59,075 nt of DNA, from assembly GCA_051453625.1 (NCBI GenBank), contig JBOZIK010000001.1:25087273-25146347 (forward strand). The letters are read 5' to 3'. Origin of the DNA: Welwitschia mirabilis. Lineage: Eukaryota. The translations under genes and the position numbers were made by a program. Position 1 is the stretch's first letter, and every line of letters starts with the position of its first letter. The notes under the pieces were generated by a model that saw only the letters and a list, made by a program, of their open reading frames with translations, searched no databases and was not told where the DNA came from. Positions 53,990 through 59,075 of this stretch are shown piece after piece.

Positions 53990-56900
53990 CATGATTAGGT
54001 AATACAGGATGTATTGATAGTCATGAAGTAAGAGGACATATTTTTATGATTTGTAACATTAAAAGCCAATTTATGGGGTCATTTCGAGCTTCCATGTGAC
54101 ATATTTTAGTGACTTCCAATTGATTTTTTGTGATGGATTCTGCATTTATAACTAATTAAGCCACATACATATCAAGCAAGACAAGCTGAGGTAGAGGCCA
54201 AGGTAGTAGAGCAAGAGGCGAGCCCATTGTTACCAATGGAGATTAAGTGGACAGAGTTAGTCCACCCTCCACCTTACCAAGCTCGATCTCTCTCAATTCA
54301 AATAGCTTCTATTAGAGTAGAGAGATATTTTAGGGAATTCATAAGTCCATTAAAGCCAAAGTAATTAGAGACTAATAGATCTATAGCTTTAATGAAATGC
54401 ACAGGGTACATATTACATCTCATAAACCAGAGAGTTTATGATACCATACATATAGAAATGTGTTTTGATGCTCGTGATTGACTTGTTGATATGATTAAAG
54501 CGACCATTCATTGAAGCATGAGTGAAGCATGATATTTATAGACTCTAGGATATCCTTACCTCCTCTCAGTCATGTTTAGATACTTCAATATACATGATCT
54601 TGTAAACAAGTAGAAACTCATACATCTTCAGAGTTTAACTCATTACCTACATGTGACGACCTGAAAATCTATTGTCAACAAAAATTTTAGACAATAATAG
54701 ATACTTATATCATAAAATGCTTATTAGGATTTTATTATATTATCTTACATTATTTCATTAAATAATAGGTAGTCTAAAGTACTACATTTTATATGGTTGT
54801 TGACTAAATCTTAATTATTTAATCTAAGTATTATAACTTATGGGTAAAAATAAGAAAATATATAAAATTTAGGTTATTGATTTTACTTAATGTTGAACCT
54901 GAGTAAGTATTTAGAAGATGATGAGGAACTAAATAAACTTATTAATATATCCTATTTATTATAAAGTAGACTTAAGCAGATACTATGACTTAGCTACTCA
55001 AATTTTTAATAGATATATGGATAGAAAATGTGCTTACTTAACTTCTCATGTCTAAGCTACTTAGAGGAAAACAAGTACAATTGAATAATAATTTAATTAG
55101 GTAAGGAACTTAGACTAAGAAGTGTAAGGAAAAATTTTACTTATATAATTTATCTTGAATAAAGATGCCATTGCTAGGGCTTGAAACTGAGACCTCTCAA
55201 CTAACGTCTTAGTAATCACTTTAGCTCCAATGTCTTGTGAGAATATTTCACAATATAAAATCAATTCTGCAAGAACAACCAGATTAGAAGCCATAAGGAA
55301 ACTATTTCAATGAAACAGAGGGTAATATCACAGGTTTGAAAGAAGATGCCCGCTGGAAAGATAAACATGCTGGCGAGGGGGAAGAAGACACCCGTTGGAA
55401 ATAGTTTCCAGCATCCTCCATTTTCAACAAGTGACTCTTGGTGTAACGGTAAGGAATAAGAGTGTTGAGGAAGGGGTAATGGTTTCAAATTCCACAAGGC
55501 CCACTAATTTATTTAACTTATTGAAGGGCATACATTTAACAAATATTTTAACATTCAATGCTTCTGAGAAATAATGGACTATGTAACAAATTATTGTAAC
55601 TCCATAATTAATTCAATAGTAATAACTCTCTTTGAAACATCTTGAGTTTCATAACAGTCAAGCATTATCAAAATTTTTCCAAGAATGTTTCATGAAAAAT
55701 TTAAGCTAATCTATATAGAATCCTTGAATGAAATATGTAAATACATTCTAACCAACATGTTCATAAGAAATACTATTATTAATGATTAATAATCTATCTT
55801 TGAAATTACAAAATCTTCTCCTTAAAGCTCAAATACATAGATGTTTTTAAATGCAAAATTCCAAGGAATGCAACCAAAAACAATCTTTCAGGATCAATGA
55901 GTAATCATATCCAAGAATGAGATGATTTCATAGGAGACATCCAACTCTAGTCTCTCTTCGCCTCATTCATTAAAGCATCACCTGCACCATAGGCATGGTG
56001 TGAGAACTATACCTTTATAGTTCCCAGTATGGTCCATGGCAAGGTTTGACAAGGGGGTTTTCAAGGTCAAGAAAATATTCTCAAGGAAATCGATGTATGA
56101 CCCAAAAAACTAAGAATGCAATACCAACAATTCAAGATGTACTTTCAACAATCCAAGTGCATTGCAAAATATATTCAAATAACAATTTCAATTTATCTAG
56201 TTGCAATCATCCATAGGGGGCCTCATCTACTCCCCATTACTCTTTGGAGATAATTAGTAATAAATTGCATGCATAATATCTAGACGGGGCCTCATCTACT
56301 TCCCATTACTCTTTGGAGCCAAATTTCTTAATAGACCAGTGTATATTAATATAAATCAACAAGGTCACCAACTTGAAACATTATGGGAAAAGTGAAGAGG
56401 GAGAGAAATCTTAAATGAAACATTGCTTTTGAATTATGTATACAATTTACTAGCTTTCAGTAGTATACAAAATAAACAAATTTCAAGAAATACAAAACAT
56501 AGCAACAGAGAATCATGCAAGAAATAGACAAGGACATTTAAGATCAAATGAGGTTCATAAACTATTTAGAAATGAAATAAAAAATCATGAATCATACCTA
56601 AAATTGAATGACGTTTTGAGGGATTCTAAAGATTCCAAGGCTTATAGTCTCTAAGAATTTTCCAAGCTCCAAGATTAAGATTACAAGATTTAATGACAAA
56701 AACATTTCAAGATACGAAATGTGAAGAAAAGAGGATCTTATTTATAGTAGGAAGTATAGGATGATGAAAGGACATCATAAGGAAGTAAAAGAGGTGATGG
56801 AAATGGTACAAGTGGTGTGGCGGAAGTGGTGGAAGGTGTGGATGTGGTGGAAGTGGTGTGTGAAAGTGGTGAGAGATTTAAAAGTGGTGGAAATTCTATA

Positions 56901-57600
56901 ACCCTTGCTAAGCCACTGGGTATTTCAATATAATAATAATGATAAAATAAATAACATGCCTCTACAATTTACATTTAAATGCATAAATTTTAGGAAAGTG
57001 CAATAAAGTGAAAGTAAATGAAATCATCACAACTATAAGAACATTCTTGGAAATTATAAGTAATAGTTTTAATTAAGATAAAAGGAACTTAAGGCACAAT
57101 TTACTATAATAGCATCTCAAAAAAACATAATATTTAGACTAGTTAAATATTTAAAAATAATTAAATCTTTTTAAATATTTCATTAATCTTAATCTTTGTA
57201 ATGTTTTAAAATAAGTAAAAACATGGATGCGACAATATAAGATATGGGCATCTAGATACCAAAAGAAGCAAAGAGACCTGGGGTACGGAGACCTGCAGTT
57301 GACATCATTATTGAACAAATTTAGGATCTCCTAGTAGAGAGTACAGAGAGCATTAGAGAGACAGTAGACTGAGGTATTGTTATGCTTGAGTAGCAAATCT
57401 ATATAATTAAGAAGAGAGTATAGTATACCAAGGAGAAGTTGATTGATATGTATAAGTGCATATTATGTATTGAGCACGGTATGATAGTTAACCTCCTAGA
57501 GGTAATTAGAGTATAGGGAAATGTGATAACACACTCCCTTACAACATGACTTAATCATTATTTCCCTATAGATCTTAAGCACCATTCTTATTCTCCTCAT
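53990..57600 (+). pseudogene. Athila-type 3' extra (env-like) ORF remnant, split by the solo LTR
   Basis: Coding-like composition between integrase and the 3' LTR, with LGYPYLLSVMFRYFNI at 54545. A coiled-coil-like part continues at 57235. The position matches Athila ORF2. Confidence 0.55.
54652..57234 (-). mobile_element. Solo LTR related to element A (Tekay-like)
   Basis: TGTGAC...GCGACA termini. The right ~330 bp and tgagaactat..agtatggtcca (~56001-56037) are homologous to the A LTRs. Flanks ctaca/atata are an imperfect TSD; no PBS or PPT. Confidence 0.75.
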
Positions 57601-58170
57601 GTACCCAAGGCTAATGTGCATCAGGAATTCATTTTGGCATTATGAGAGAAGTGATTTACTATGTTGTATTATGTAACTTCTCTTCATAGATTATATAAAA
57701 TACTCATGATTTTTATATAAACATATCATTTACTGAGTATTATCATGATGTACATTTTTATTGCTAAGATATTATGCACATATTTTACATATCATTTTTG
57801 GCAATTCATGATGAGGATTTTTTCTATATTATACATGATTATTCTTCAGTATCTACTATAAATTTAAGTGGGGAACTATTAATATCAATTAATTTTAATG
57901 TTTATCTTTTTGATAAGCTTTTATTTTTAAAAAATAATTTTTGAGCTTATCCTCCATTATCTGGACGACCATCAAAATGATAGTACAACCACTTATACTA
58001 CATAAGTAAAATGTTCAATTATCTATTTTTGACATTTTTGCTCTACATTCTGAGACTATTTCTGAGTCATTTCATAGTTTCCTAGTTGATTTATCTTTAG
58101 CCAATTTAGCTTGTAATTATGGTTGTTCACCTGGTTTCATTAGGTACTAATAAGATTAAGTGAGGGACAA

Positions 58171-59075
58171 TGTTGTGCTACCAAATTGTATGTATTTGAT
58201 AGGGTATTTTAAGTAGTTTTATAGGATATTATATAGATTTATGCTGAGTTTAGAAGATAATAAAGAGCTAAGGAAAATATCACAAAAACATGCAATCTTC
58301 ATTACATTTTTATAGCAATTTAGAAAAAAATATAATACTTCCTATTTAAGCAAAAGCCTTATAATTGAAGATCCTAATCTAACACAAGAAACATCTTTAC
58401 AAAATCCATCATCCACCTTATTATCTAAATAATAATACGAATGATAAGAGAACTTATGCTAACTAAGATGCTTACTAGACTAACCTAGTAGTTGATGTGG
58501 ATCTTATATGATGTGGCATCATATCCTATAACATCCGGATGACCAGTAGGATGATACATAAAAATAATGCTTCACCAAACTTCCACTATGTGTGTTATGT
58601 CTTCTTGCATGATTATTAGGGTTTTACTATGTCTATTAATATTTGATGTTTTTAAAGTATGTTATTTTAATAAATATCTCCTTCATCCTCAATTCTAACT
58701 TTATCTTCTTTAGCATAAAAAATTCTTGTGATAGAAGATCAAAGATCAGGAGGTTCATCCCTTGTTGTTTCAAAGAGATGTCTTCCTTGGCATTGGACTA
58801 TGTATCCTTCACTGGGGTGATGTTGCTTTGTAACATGAATGTCGGTTCAACTTAATTAAAACTTTGTTTTTGTTTTATATCTTTTATTAAATGCATATGC
58901 TTTATAGTTTATGTTGCTTTTGATTCTATGATAGCTTCATCTATAATATAGATTATGAGGATAACCTTTTTTAAGATTGACATTATTAGTTTAGGTGCAT
59001 TACATTTTATTTTCTAGATTAACTTTACATTATTTTCATATTTTATTTAATGCATCTAATAGATTAGATTGGTCT
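58171..59075 (+). repeat. 3' LTR, family B (copy 3, truncated by window end)
   Basis: TGTTG start after the PPT aagtgagggacaa; homologous to the LTRs at 24469 and 27351. Confidence 0.9.

Larger units (their letters stand above)
27351..59075 (+). mobile_element. Athila-like element B2 (host of C, D and the solo LTR); 3' LTR runs off the window
   Basis: LTR 27351-28586, PBS remnant tggtaccattatc. gag 29010-30632 resumes at 48180 (joined sequence aligns with D at 38290-38380). Then pol, 3' region, env-like ORF, PPT and LTR at 58171. Confidence 0.8.

Noticed and set aside
56800-56892. gtggtggaa-type repeats as telomeric or Gly-rich coding sequence
   Set aside because: Not TTTAGGG; a low-complexity tract upstream of the LTR TATA (ctataaataa, minus, ~56739-56748).
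1-59075. Species assignment
   Set aside because: The TE lineages and PPR fragment indicate a land plant, but nothing in the window identifies the taxon.

Overview
Very AT-rich, gap-containing (N runs) land-plant-type repetitive DNA with no intact protein-coding gene. It consists almost entirely of old, nested transposable elements heavily eroded by C>T/G>A changes. From left to right: (A) a minus-strand Tekay/Del chromovirus deletion derivative with ~4.6-kb LTRs (1-12043); the right end of a CACTA transposon, apparently carrying a PPR gene fragment (12044-13759); a minus-strand Copia gag remnant (13760-14877); (F) a full-boundary Copia with 167-bp LTRs, a ~3-kb leader and an in-frame deletion of RT (16721-23142); and an Athila-type stack. 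The stack is element B1 (24469-27291), then B2 (27351 to beyond the window end), into which a pol-less element C (30633-48179) inserted, into which element D (34961-45621) inserted. A Tekay-related solo LTR (54652-57234) splits the 3' env-like ORF of B. The most interesting signals are non-coding: a ~230-nt conserved, foldable block behind integrase kept by all three Athila-type elements including the non-autonomous one, a family-wide palindromic motif, and tandem PBS/att copies. All domain calls come from motifs read by eye, not from searches, and many boundaries are approximate.
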